Part shown: positions 9,185 through 18,171 of the stretch, one piece after another
Numbering within the stretch: position 1 is the first letter of the stretch
Layout of the letters: each line of letters opens with the position of its first letter
Virus record (IMG/VR): IMGVR_UViG_2890725172_000001
Span: 32,001 to 96,000 of that record
Reading direction: 5' to 3' (one strand)
Length of the DNA stretch: 64,000 nt
Origin: a virus
Lineage: Duplodnaviria > Caudoviricetes
Translations under genes and position numbers: made by a program
Notes under the pieces: model-generated
Told to the model about the DNA's origin: nothing
Databases searched by the model: none
Seen by the model: only the letters and a program-made list of their open reading frames with translations

Positions 9185-9969
9185 GTAGAAAGGTAGTTTC
9201 GGTGACCGATCCGAAAGATAATCCGACCCACGATAAGGACGTCGTCGTCCCCGTGGTCATGTCCAGCCGGGACTTCGAACTCCTGACCATGCAGTCCACA
9301 CTGTGGGCGACGAGTTACGAGGACACGTGGGCTGATCAGATCGAAGATGGTCGCTTCGAGGTCGTGATGGCTGAGGGGGAGGAGCCGCAGGCGCATTGGG
9401 AGACGGCCTTCTGGGTCGAGAACAACTGGGCCAATGTGCTGCTCGCCAAGTCGTGGCTGGCAGCCAACGGGTACGGCTATGAGGTCCTGGGGGACCTCAG
9501 GGATATCGACGAGGGGCATGCGCCGTTCGTCATCCTGTCGGACTTTGTGCCGGAGATCTGGCGCGAGGACCTGGCAAAGGTCAAGTCGGATCCGGTGCAA
9601 CAGTTCAAGGTCACCTACGTTCTCATCGACGGCCGAGAGAAAGCTCATGGAGTTCGCCGCCAGACCATCGAGGCCAAGGAATCGAAAGTCCCCTCGACGT
9701 TCTGGGATCAGTCGGACGAAACTCCAAACTCGGCTCGGCTCGTGGCGTGGCAGCCGGTCACGGACGGTGCTTTCCCTAGCGACCAGGATGTCTTCCAGAT
9801 CGCCTTCTCCTTCAAACAGGGCGGTCAGTTCGCGTGCGGGCATCCGAAGGTGAGTCATCTGTGGATGCTCGGCGACAATCCTGACGACGCCCTGGGAGCC
9901 TTCTGGCAGAAGGTGCGTACGGATCCGGCGCATGTCGAGATCCATGAGGTTTCTCGTGTCGGCGCCTAG
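9181..9969 (+). CDS. hypothetical protein
   Basis: 262-aa ORF, ATGA overlap. Confidence 0.65.
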   Translation: MSRKVVSVTDPKDNPTHDKDVVVPVVMSSRDFELLTMQSTLWATSYEDTWADQIEDGRFEVVMAEGEEPQAHWETAFWVENNWANVLLAKSWLAANGYGYEVLGDLRDIDEGHAPFVILSDFVPEIWREDLAKVKSDPVQQFKVTYVLIDGREKAHGVRRQTIEAKESKVPSTFWDQSDETPNSARLVAWQPVTDGAFPSDQDVFQIAFSFKQGGQFACGHPKVSHLWMLGDNPDDALGAFWQKVRTDPAHVEIHEVSRVGA

Positions 9970-10387
9970 TGCGCGGCAAGCGCCGAAGACTGCTGATGAC
10001 GTACGCCGGGTGCTGAACCAGCTTGTCGAGGATGCGCCGGAACGGACGGACTTCCGGCCGCCTGGCGCCTTGAGTGCTCGCTACGTAGACAACTCACGGC
10101 CTCACTCATTAGTGGGGCGCATCCTCCATTCGCTGGGTGTCTCGATCTCGACTCTGCGGCAGCTCGACCGCGAGCGAGAGGGCAACGACGTGACGCTGGT
10201 GGAGTCGAGGCACGCGATCAAGAACCACTTCACGCGGAGCGCCTGGCTGCTGCTGGTGCATCTCCAGCGGCTCAGCGACCAGGGCCTCAGGTGGGTCAAC
10301 ATCAAGGACGAGGCGCTCCAGCAGTTACCTGCCTCGGTCGGCGCCTCGACCATCGCGATCACGAGGCCGTGGCTGGTCGAGCCGTAG
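9944..10387 (+). CDS. hypothetical phage protein
   Basis: ORF with YV..RPHSLVGRIL..LGV and Q..SDQG..W motifs. Confidence 0.55.
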   Translation: MRFLVSAPSARQAPKTADDVRRVLNQLVEDAPERTDFRPPGALSARYVDNSRPHSLVGRILHSLGVSISTLRQLDREREGNDVTLVESRHAIKNHFTRSAWLLLVHLQRLSDQGLRWVNIKDEALQQLPASVGASTIAITRPWLVEP

Positions 10388-10414
10388 CAATCGTGATCTA
10401 AGGGACATACCCTG

Positions 10415-10448
10415 AGCGCCCCCTGACCATATATGGTCAGGGGGCGCT
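10415..10448. repeat. perfect 34-bp palindrome (terminator or recombinase site)
   Basis: AGCGCCCCCTGACCATATATGGTCAGGGGGCGCT followed by TGGTTTTT. Confidence 0.9.
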
Positions 10449-10479
10449 TGGTTTTTCACAGATGCTGAGGAGGCTTCTG

Positions 10480-11466
10480 ATGAGCGACCTTGCCGTTGTG
10501 ACGGAACCCGGGATCAGGATCACCGCGAGTCCGGCGCGGCTGTACCTCGCCAACCTGAACACCTACCAGTCCAGGCGGACCATGGAGGGGTGTCTTGAGG
10601 CGCTGGTGCGGATCTTCTCCGATGGCCAGCCGGTCGTGTACACGATCGATGACTTCCCGTGGGCTGATCTGGGTTACCAGGAGACCACGGCGGTGCGGGC
10701 TCGTCTGATCGAGCTCGGCCTGAGTCCCTCGACGGTGAACAAGTACCTGTCGGCACTGAGAGGAGTTTTGAAACAAGTCACGCTTCTCAATCCGAAGTCG
10801 CCTCAGGTCGCGGTGATCTCGGCGGCCCGTGAGGTCAAGAGCCTCCCGGTCAAGAAGCTCCCGGTCGGCCGTTACGTGCCGGTCGAGGAGATGGCGCTGC
10901 TGCTGGGGTCGTTCCTCGCTGAAAAGCGCCGGAAGGCTGTGCGAGATCTCGCTCTGGTCTCTCTGCTGTACGCGACAGGGGCGCGAGCAGCCGAGGGCGC
11001 CGGTATCGAGCTCGACGACTACGACCCTGCGACCGGCCACTTGCTGATTAATGGCAAGGGCGGCAAGGAGCGTGAGGTTCGTCTCCATCCGACCGCTATG
11101 GAGTACGTCGGCACGTGGCTGGAATTGCGCGGGGACATGCCTGGGGCATTGTTCCCGCAGGTGACCTACCACGGTGCCGTGGAGCTCTCCAGAGGCCGCG
11201 CTTTGGCATTCACGGGTCAGACGACCTGGGATATCGTGTCGAAGCGCAGCAGGCGTCTGGGCATCTACATGACGCCTCACGATATTCGGCGGACGCGGAT
11301 CAGCGACTTGTTCTTCCAGGGGGTTGACCCGGCGCTGATTATGAAGATCGTCGGTCACGACGACTTCAAGACGCTGATGGGTTACGACATGAGGCCGTTC
11401 GAAGCGGCGGCCGAGGCGATGGCGCAGCAGATCTGGGTCACGCCGATTCTGCCGATCGCGGCTTAG
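10480..11466 (+). CDS. tyrosine recombinase (XerD/Cre-like)
   Basis: R (TGARAAE), K (GKGGK), HxxR (HDIRR), GH and Y (GYD) catalytic residues; RBS GAGGAGG before ATG 10480. Confidence 0.9.
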   Translation: MSDLAVVTEPGIRITASPARLYLANLNTYQSRRTMEGCLEALVRIFSDGQPVVYTIDDFPWADLGYQETTAVRARLIELGLSPSTVNKYLSALRGVLKQVTLLNPKSPQVAVISAAREVKSLPVKKLPVGRYVPVEEMALLLGSFLAEKRRKAVRDLALVSLLYATGARAAEGAGIELDDYDPATGHLLINGKGGKEREVRLHPTAMEYVGTWLELRGDMPGALFPQVTYHGAVELSRGRALAFTGQTTWDIVSKRSRRLGIYMTPHDIRRTRISDLFFQGVDPALIMKIVGHDDFKTLMGYDMRPFEAAAEAMAQQIWVTPILPIAA

Positions 11467-11473
11467 GGGAGAA

Positions 11474-11626
11474 GTGGACAAGGAAGAAGGTGAGCCAGCC
11501 GTGGAACCGGATGATGAAGTCCACGGCTGTGGCCCGCAAGGCTGTCCAGAGTGCTACCGCAAATGGGAAGCATCCATCTACACGAAACGTGCAGTAAAGG
11601 AAAGCAGTACAGATGAAGGCTGTTAA
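11474..11626 (+). CDS. small putative Zn-binding protein (50 aa, not in ORF track)
   Basis: GTG after GGGGAG; HGCGPQGCPECY. Confidence 0.45.
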   Translation: MDKEEGEPAVEPDDEVHGCGPQGCPECYRKWEASIYTKRAVKESSTDEGC

Positions 11627-11650
11627 GGCGGCTTTAGCGATCTGAGACGC

Positions 11651-11705
11651 AAAAAGGCCCACTGTCTGACCCTTGTTTCGGCAAGGACGGACAGTGGGCC
11701 TTTTT
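11651..11705. terminator. bidirectional intrinsic terminator
   Basis: AAAAAGGCCCACTGTC...GACAGTGGGCCTTTTT between convergent genes. Confidence 0.85.
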
Positions 11706-11733
11706 GTGTTTCGGAGTCTTTCCGCGCGGAATT

Positions 11734-13197
11734 TCAGGCGGCGTATTTGATATCCTCGCCGACCACTTCGCCGTCGACGATACCGAGCTGTGCGGCCACG
11801 TCCTCGTCGCGGACGGGTTCGATCGCGCGGGTGGCGGCGGCGGCCTTCTCGCCGAACATACGGCTGAAGTAGCCTGCCTCGGCCGTGGCGCTCGGCATAT
11901 CGCCCTCGATGGTGATCTTGAAGGTGCTGCGGGCCTTGAGCATTCGCTGGAGCCGGTCGATCTCCGCGCTCACGTTCGGGTCGGGGTATCCGCCACCTGC
12001 GACTTCTTCGGTGAATCGGCCGTAGAGGACACGCTGGGTCTGTATTTCGATAAGGACGTCCTGGATCCGCGTGAGCTGTTCCTTGGTGCGCGCCGACACC
12101 GGGAGGTCGAAAGCGCATGTGCTGTCCGGCTCGTACTCGGGGCACTTCTCGCGCAGGAAGCAGGTGTCGCACTGGCGTTGCGATTCCGCTCGGTTGGAGA
12201 TGAGCGGAAGCGGCTGGAAGGTCTTGTTGCCGTCCTCGTCGAATGTCGAGATTTCCCGTGTTTCGACGCCGATTCCGGGGAGCAGACGGGTCTTCTCGCG
12301 ACGCTTGAGAGCGACGACATTTCCGTGTTCCGGCGCCGTCGTATCAAACGACTCAGAGGCGTTTTCCGTGTTAGCGCGTTGCGGGCTTTTCGGGGGTGTA
12401 TTTGATACACCGTTGATGCTGTTCATGTATTGGGTCCAGCTCCAGATGGAGAGCTTGAGGACCTCGGTCGTGTCGTCGGCGTTGATGAGCTCTGGGTCGA
12501 GGCCGAGGTCGAGGAAGAGGGCGCGATGGCGGGTTCGGGCCTGGTCCTTGTACTTGCGGGGGTAGCGCTTCAACTCTCCGGCGGCCCACACGATCGTGTC
12601 TCCGTACTGGCTGGGGCTTAGCCAGCTGGTCGAGGAGATCGACGACCAGGGGAGCGCGGCGATCGTCGTCGGCTTGGTCATGGCCAGGCCGTGAAGCTGT
12701 GTGTGGGCGGCGAGGGTGCGCAGCCTGTGCGTGATGTCCTGGCCATTGACGACCGTCGCGGTGACGCCGACACGCTGATGCTGCTCGGCGAGCTCGTAGA
12801 GCTTGTCCAGGCCGTCTTCGGGATGCCACACCGGCATGAACCGGTCCCCGGCGATCTGACGGAGGTTGGCGCTGGTTTGAGGCACGGAAGGAACGTCGAA
12901 ATCGACGACGATCTGTAGGTCGCCGACGTTCTTGGTGACGAAGTCGGTGTAGCCGATGGCGAGGTCGAGGACCTGCTGCTCGGTGTAGGCGTCGGGGTTC
13001 TTCCGGATGGTGTAGCCGCCGGAGTCGAGCAGGACCATGGTTTCGGCCGAGTATTTGTCAGCAACCAGCCAGGGCTTCTTGAAGGTGACGCGGCGGGCCA
13101 GGCCGAGGTAGCTGAGCGCCTGGTGGCGCACTCCCTGGTCAGTCAAGAGAGTGCGCCACGCGTTGAGTTCGGTGCCGCTGTAGTACAGGTCGGTCAC
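11734..13197 (-). CDS. TGT/DpdA-like (queuine tRNA-ribosyltransferase fold) protein with C-terminal Cys cluster
   Basis: LLDSGGYT, DFD, FMPVWH, LHGLA, SSTSW motifs; CDTC..C..C; GTG start overlaps upstream TGA. Confidence 0.7.
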   Translation of the reverse strand: MTDLYYSGTELNAWRTLLTDQGVRHQALSYLGLARRVTFKKPWLVADKYSAETMVLLDSGGYTIRKNPDAYTEQQVLDLAIGYTDFVTKNVGDLQIVVDFDVPSVPQTSANLRQIAGDRFMPVWHPEDGLDKLYELAEQHQRVGVTATVVNGQDITHRLRTLAAHTQLHGLAMTKPTTIAALPWSSISSTSWLSPSQYGDTIVWAAGELKRYPRKYKDQARTRHRALFLDLGLDPELINADDTTEVLKLSIWSWTQYMNSINGVSNTPPKSPQRANTENASESFDTTAPEHGNVVALKRREKTRLLPGIGVETREISTFDEDGNKTFQPLPLISNRAESQRQCDTCFLREKCPEYEPDSTCAFDLPVSARTKEQLTRIQDVLIEIQTQRVLYGRFTEEVAGGGYPDPNVSAEIDRLQRMLKARSTFKITIEGDMPSATAEAGYFSRMFGEKAAAATRAIEPVRDEDVAAQLGIVDGEVVGEDIKYAA

Positions 13198-14486
13198 GGA
13201 GTAGTGCCTCGGCGCTGCTTGATCCGGGCCGAATCTTCCTCGCGGGTCGGGATGCGCTCGCCTGGCAGACGGTCCATGCTGCGCTGGGCGACGGAGCGCT
13301 TGTCCCAAGACGCCCGCGCGGAAACGTGTTCGTGGTTCTCTGACGCGGGGACGTAGACGCCACGTGGCGAGTCGGTGGCTCGGGGGAGTGGACGGATGTT
13401 CCCTGCACGTCCCTGTGGCGCAGGCGCCGGGCTGGCGCTCTTCGCGGCAGCAGGCTGATTGACCTGTGGTGCCTGTACAGCTGCTGGGGTGGCGGCTGGC
13501 GCGGCCGAGGCGGCGACAGGCGGAGGCGAGGCGGACGGCGCGGCCTTGGCGACCGAGGGCTTCCGCTGGGCCCGCGCAGGTGCGGCCTTGGTCGTCGCTG
13601 GTGCGGCTGGCGGAGTGGCTGCGGGCGTATCGGTGTAGTTGGAGGGGTCGGTGAGGAAGGCCATCGCGCCCGCGATACCACTTGCTGGTGGGGTTTTCTT
13701 GGGTGTTCTGGCTGGTGTGGGGGCTGGTGCGGCTGTCTGAGGAACGGAGGCTGGCGTGGCGACATTGCCCGCACGAGCTCGGCTGGCTGGCGCCTTGGGG
13801 GCGGCGGCCGGTGGGTTGTACGGCTGGCCGTATGGCGAGTCGTACCAGTCGGGGAGGTGGGCGCCCGGCTTGGGTACGCTCATGCCGGAGTCGACCCGAT
13901 CCCAGTGGTGCCTAATCTTCTGCCGGTTGGCTTCGTCCGCCAGGCGCATGCTCTGCTGGTGTGTGTCGACCTCTCGCTGACGATCCTGGTTGTCCCAGGC
14001 CGTCAGGTTGCTCCGGCGGTAGTTCTCGCCGACGACCTTTCCTCGCGCGGCGCCTTCCTCTTTGGCGTACGCCGCCTTACCGGCGGCCGAGGCCGCGTCG
14101 TCGCCGATCCGCTTCTTGGCCGCCTCGTCGACATCGGACATGTCTCTGTGTAGAGCCAGCTTCACCTTCGAGGCCCTGGTGGCTTCGTTGATACGCTCGT
14201 CAGTCCGGGCTACCGCCTCTCGGCGGTTGGCGTTGTAGCGGGAGTCGTTGCGGTAGTCGGTGATGGCCTTCTGGCGGTCGTGCCGGGCGATCTCCTTACC
14301 GAGCTGTGTATCGGTGGCAACCTTGTGGCGGCGGTCCCACTCGGCGTTGCGCCGTTCGAACTCGGTGTTCCGCTGGCGGTTCTGAATGGTGGTGTCGACG
14401 ACGCGGGCCAACACGTCGAACATGCCGGTGCGGCTGCCGCTGCTTTGGTTGATCGCGGCAGAGATATTGCTGAACTGGATACTCAC
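13194..14486 (-). CDS. hypothetical protein, charged helical N-terminus and Ala/Pro-rich C-terminus
   Basis: GTGA overlaps at both ends; RBS GAGGA. Confidence 0.65.
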   Translation of the reverse strand: MSIQFSNISAAINQSSGSRTGMFDVLARVVDTTIQNRQRNTEFERRNAEWDRRHKVATDTQLGKEIARHDRQKAITDYRNDSRYNANRREAVARTDERINEATRASKVKLALHRDMSDVDEAAKKRIGDDAASAAGKAAYAKEEGAARGKVVGENYRRSNLTAWDNQDRQREVDTHQQSMRLADEANRQKIRHHWDRVDSGMSVPKPGAHLPDWYDSPYGQPYNPPAAAPKAPASRARAGNVATPASVPQTAAPAPTPARTPKKTPPASGIAGAMAFLTDPSNYTDTPAATPPAAPATTKAAPARAQRKPSVAKAAPSASPPPVAASAAPAATPAAVQAPQVNQPAAAKSASPAPAPQGRAGNIRPLPRATDSPRGVYVPASENHEHVSARASWDKRSVAQRSMDRLPGERIPTREEDSARIKQRRGTTP

Positions 14487-14938
14487 GAGTCCTCGATCTC
14501 GTCTGGCAAATGGGCAAGCGCACGGTCGTGATCGGCTTCGATCGCCGCGACGAGCTCGGCCCACTGAGGTGCTGGGGGGAGGGGTGTGTAGGCGCGGGGG
14601 TTGATCCACAGCAGGTGGGATTGGCCGATGCTGAACAGCGGATGGGCCAAGCTGGGATCCCCGATGACGACGAGGTCGAGGGCTCCGGTAGCGCGCAAGG
14701 TGCGGATCTGCTGAAGCCGGTCAATGTCCGGCGTGGGGTTGTAGGTGACGTTCGCGTGGCGGTGGAAGCCTTCACGAGTCAGCCAACTAGTCGTGAAACT
14801 CTTGTCGTGGTCGGCAAGGATGGTGACCCGGTAGTTGTTGACGAGGGCGTTGTAGAGGGCCTTGCCGTCGTCGTCGGGCAAGCCAGTGAGGGTGTCCCGG
14901 AGGATGCCGTCGAGGACGAGCGCGATGTGTCGGCTCAT
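14483..14938 (-). CDS. HAD-fold protein (motif I degenerate)
   Basis: IALVLDGIL resembles DxDGxL; T.SWL..EGF as in 5'-nucleotidase-like HADs. Confidence 0.55.
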   Translation of the reverse strand: MSRHIALVLDGILRDTLTGLPDDDGKALYNALVNNYRVTILADHDKSFTTSWLTREGFHRHANVTYNPTPDIDRLQQIRTLRATGALDLVVIGDPSLAHPLFSIGQSHLLWINPRAYTPLPPAPQWAELVAAIEADHDRALAHLPDEIEDS

Positions 14939-15918
14939 GTGGTTGCTCCGTGTGTGAGTTGGGCCGAAATCCGTGAAGCGGCGGCGTCCGGGAGGATGTG
15001 GCCGTAGACGTTGCGCTGGTACATGGCGTTCGCGTCGGCGCCGATTTTGGTGATCTTCTGGAGTGCGCCGACGACGCCGTTGGCCTTGTGGCTCTGCCAC
15101 CTGTAGTTGTGCCAGTCGCCGTAGCCCTGGCCGCCCTCGGCGAAGGCGTTGCGGCGGCCGAGATGGATACCCTCGTACAGGCTCTCGGCCTGGGCGACGG
15201 CGAGCTTGGCGATCGACAAGGCGTTGGTCCAGGCGCCGGAGCCGGGGACGGCTCGGCTGGCCTGAGTCGCGGCAGTGTTGTAGCGGTCGACGACGTCCTG
15301 GGCGAAGCGCTGCTCGCGGACGATCTGGGATCGCCAGTCGGCCGGGTAGAGCTTGGCCGGGTCGTGCGGCAACTTCGGCGGCCGAACGGTCCAGGTGTCA
15401 GAGATCAGGTCGTACGCGGCGTACGGGTGGATTGTTCGGATGTCAGTGGAGTTCTGGTTGAGGTAGTAAGTGACCTCGTAGGATTGGCCGTGGAAACGCG
15501 TCAGCGCGGTTTGCGGCCACAGGTGGTCGCGCAGCTCGGTGTTGATCACCGTGGCGATGTCGGCGTTGTCCATGTCGCTGAAGACCGGATTGAGCTTGCG
15601 CAGCTGAACCCAATCGGCGCCGAGCAGAACGTCGAGGTCACCGTTTCCACGGCTGGCCGACCATTGGTAGGTGATACCCGAACCGGCCAACCAGCAGCGA
15701 GCCCAGGAATGAGGGGCGTGCCAGCGGGTTGCCATGAAGGCGAAGAGAGTGCTAACCAGGTGTACCCGGACGTCACCCTTGAGCCTGTCACCGTTGAAGA
15801 GGTGAGGGTCAAGAGTTTTCTCAGGGGCCGAGAAATAGCCGGAAGCTCCCGTTTCGATTCGAATGGGGTCGTGCCCCATCGACTTGCGGAGATAGAAATT
15901 CGCGGCGCTTTCTGGCAT
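14935..15918 (-). CDS. Pol-beta superfamily nucleotidyltransferase
   Basis: LAGSG-x-DLDVL signature; AAYDL..D.W. Confidence 0.75.
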   Translation of the reverse strand: MPESAANFYLRKSMGHDPIRIETGASGYFSAPEKTLDPHLFNGDRLKGDVRVHLVSTLFAFMATRWHAPHSWARCWLAGSGITYQWSASRGNGDLDVLLGADWVQLRKLNPVFSDMDNADIATVINTELRDHLWPQTALTRFHGQSYEVTYYLNQNSTDIRTIHPYAAYDLISDTWTVRPPKLPHDPAKLYPADWRSQIVREQRFAQDVVDRYNTAATQASRAVPGSGAWTNALSIAKLAVAQAESLYEGIHLGRRNAFAEGGQGYGDWHNYRWQSHKANGVVGALQKITKIGADANAMYQRNVYGHILPDAAASRISAQLTHGATT

Positions 15919-15991
15919 AACTCCAGAATATCGTCGCTGTGATCAGTAATCAGAATGCTAGTGAATCAGCACCGGAAAGGGCTGTCAATAG

Positions 15992-16300
15992 ATGCTCACG
16001 ACCACCGTTATCGTCGCGCTAGTCGTCCTCTGGACCTCGATTGCGTTTTGGCACGCACACCTGAGCCTCGTGGATTCGAAGAAGCTACAAGCCGCAGACC
16101 CGTTAACTCTCTGCGATACCTGCCGAAAGCATCGACGGGACACATACCCCCTTACCAAGATGTCGCCGACATTCGTCGCCCTATGGTTTTATCTCACGAG
16201 CATCTTCGTATGGTGGGTCGATGCGGTCCCTAGGGCCATCGAATACATGCGAGGAATACCGCAACACTCATGTGGTCGTAGCAGGAGGAGGAGCTCATGA
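15992..16300 (+). CDS. putative membrane protein
   Basis: Two hydrophobic segments; CxxC. Confidence 0.55.
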   Translation: MLTTTVIVALVVLWTSIAFWHAHLSLVDSKKLQAADPLTLCDTCRKHRRDTYPLTKMSPTFVALWFYLTSIFVWWVDAVPRAIEYMRGIPQHSCGRSRRRSS

Positions 16301-16575
16301 AGATCAAACAGCGTAAGACCAAGCACCCTGCCGCCTATGACCTCGTCACTGAGGATGGGGATGTCTGGTACTGCTTTCAATTCGCCTACGAAGGTCTGAT
16401 CAATCGTGGTGACCGGAAGGACGTTCCCACCTGGTACTGGGATCACCGCCGTGAGATCGATCTGTATGACTTCTGGCATCTCATGCGTCCTGATGGCAAG
16501 TGGGAGAAGTCTTTCACGCACCTCTCCAAGGCGAAGCAGTACCTGGCCGAAAAACTAGGAGGACAAGCGAAGTGA
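16297..16575 (+). CDS. hypothetical protein
   Basis: RBS AGGAGGAG, ATGA overlap. Confidence 0.65.
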   Translation: MKIKQRKTKHPAAYDLVTEDGDVWYCFQFAYEGLINRGDRKDVPTWYWDHRREIDLYDFWHLMRPDGKWEKSFTHLSKAKQYLAEKLGGQAK

Positions 16576-17303
16576 CCACCGAAAAGCGAGCAGAAGAGAT
16601 TGGTAAGGTCCTCGCCGCCCACATCGAAAAGCTGTCGGCGGACCCGATGCAGCTGCTTTCGAAGCAGGATGCCCTCAGGAGGGTAGCCCGGAGGTACAAG
16701 GCGAGGATGCACGAAGTGGAGACCCCTCTCTACGACGCCGTCTACTACGGGCACCTGGTCATGCTTCAAAGTGCGGTGCAGGGGCGCCATCTCTCACGCC
16801 TCCGCCGCCACCCAAAGCCGGAAATCCATCGATTCCAGTGGGACGGCTTGGTGGACGACGAAAACGACGCTCCAAAAAACGCTGACTTCATCCTGGATAG
16901 CACCGGGTACATTCATCGGGGAAAGGAGACCCGACTAACTTATGATCTTCCAGACGGGCATGTTCATGCCGACGAAGACTCCGTGTGGGTCACCACTCCC
17001 GCAAGGTTCCAAGAGATCCTTCAGGCTCTCCGTGAGATGGGCTGGGATCGATCGGTCCGTCAGGGTGCTGAGCGGCTTACTCGCAATGCCTTGATCGAAG
17101 CCCTCAGCGACGACATCGATCAGATTGCCGGACTGCTGTGGCTGGCGGGCATCAAGAATCCGGGGTCGGTGTGGGTATGGGCCAACGAAAAGGGAGTTCA
17201 GGTGGATCTCAGCACGAAGGGTGAAGAGCAGATTCGCGCTCTCGCCGAGATCCTGCGTAAGGCCGGAATTCCGACCGACACCAACTGGCGTAAGTTCGTC
17301 TAG
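16572..17303 (+). CDS. hypothetical protein
   Basis: GTGA overlap, RBS GGAGG. Confidence 0.65.
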   Translation: MTTEKRAEEIGKVLAAHIEKLSADPMQLLSKQDALRRVARRYKARMHEVETPLYDAVYYGHLVMLQSAVQGRHLSRLRRHPKPEIHRFQWDGLVDDENDAPKNADFILDSTGYIHRGKETRLTYDLPDGHVHADEDSVWVTTPARFQEILQALREMGWDRSVRQGAERLTRNALIEALSDDIDQIAGLLWLAGIKNPGSVWVWANEKGVQVDLSTKGEEQIRALAEILRKAGIPTDTNWRKFV

Positions 17304-17359
17304 GAGGCCCGACATGGATGGGTTGGAACTTCCGCCGCTTGAAGGAAAGGAGAATCGAA

Positions 17360-17647
17360 ATGGATTTCACGGATCTTGAAACATCTCTCCAGATGGAGAA
17401 GGTCAAGTACACCAAGGAAGAACTCAGGGACGGCACTCAGCTCACGGTGCCCGCGCGAGACGACGTGGACATCATCATCACGGCGTACGACCGGCACGCA
17501 GAGGAAGGGCTGAAGTACCACATCGCCTGCTTCTGGGACGGCGGGGTGGAAGCGGTACCAGTAGCGATCATGAGCAATGTGAAGATGCTGGCCCGCTACG
17601 TGAGCAGCCTGATCGACGACGACACCCTCGACCACTGGATGGACTAG
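17360..17647 (+). CDS. hypothetical protein
   Basis: ATG 17360 after AAAGGAG. Confidence 0.6.
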   Translation: MDFTDLETSLQMEKVKYTKEELRDGTQLTVPARDDVDIIITAYDRHAEEGLKYHIACFWDGGVEAVPVAIMSNVKMLARYVSSLIDDDTLDHWMD

Positions 17648-17649
17648 CC

Positions 17650-17952
17650 ATGGAAACTGACTACAAACCCGGCGACGAGCCGATTCCCATCGGCTCTGTC
17701 GTCGAGTACTTCGGCAGTCCAAGCCCTGGTCGATATCGGGTCGACGACCACGCCGACCCGGCCAAGCATCCCTTCCCTCAAGTCTTCAGGGAAACGGACA
17801 TGGACAAGGCCTATCCGGACAGGACTGCCTACCATCTGTGGCCAGTTGGAGTACCACACAAGATAGGTAATCGACACCGCTCGGTTAGCTGGGTGCGGCG
17901 CACGTCCTTCACCGTGATCTCACGGCCGACAAAAAGCAGCAGCACTTCTTGA
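17650..17952 (+). CDS. hypothetical protein
   Basis: 100-aa ORF ending just before the terminator. Confidence 0.6.
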   Translation: METDYKPGDEPIPIGSVVEYFGSPSPGRYRVDDHADPAKHPFPQVFRETDMDKAYPDRTAYHLWPVGVPHKIGNRHRSVSWVRRTSFTVISRPTKSSSTS

Positions 17953-17957
17953 GATGT

Positions 17958-17999
17958 AAAAGCCCCCTCTCCAGCCAATTGGCTGGAGAGGGGGCTTTT
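17958..17999. terminator. bidirectional terminator, perfect 42-bp palindrome
   Basis: AAAAGCCCCCTCTCCAGCCAATTGGCTGGAGAGGGGGCTTTT between convergent units. Confidence 0.9.
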
Positions 18000-18093
18000 T
18001 GTGTTTCTGGCGTACGGCGCCAACGCAGTGATCGCCATCGTGCTGTACCTTTTGTCCGGCTCAAGGGACAGAAAGGTGAGTCGAACTATACAG

Positions 18094-18167
18094 TACCGAC
18101 GCAGGGACTTGAACCCTGAACCTCCCGATTTTGAGTCGGGCACCTCTGCCAGTTGGGCTACGTCGGC
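18094..18167 (-). tRNA. tRNA-Leu(CAA), short variable loop
   Basis: Cloverleaf, loop CT CAA AA, T-loop TTCAAGT. Confidence 0.85.
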
Positions 18168-18171
18168 CGGG

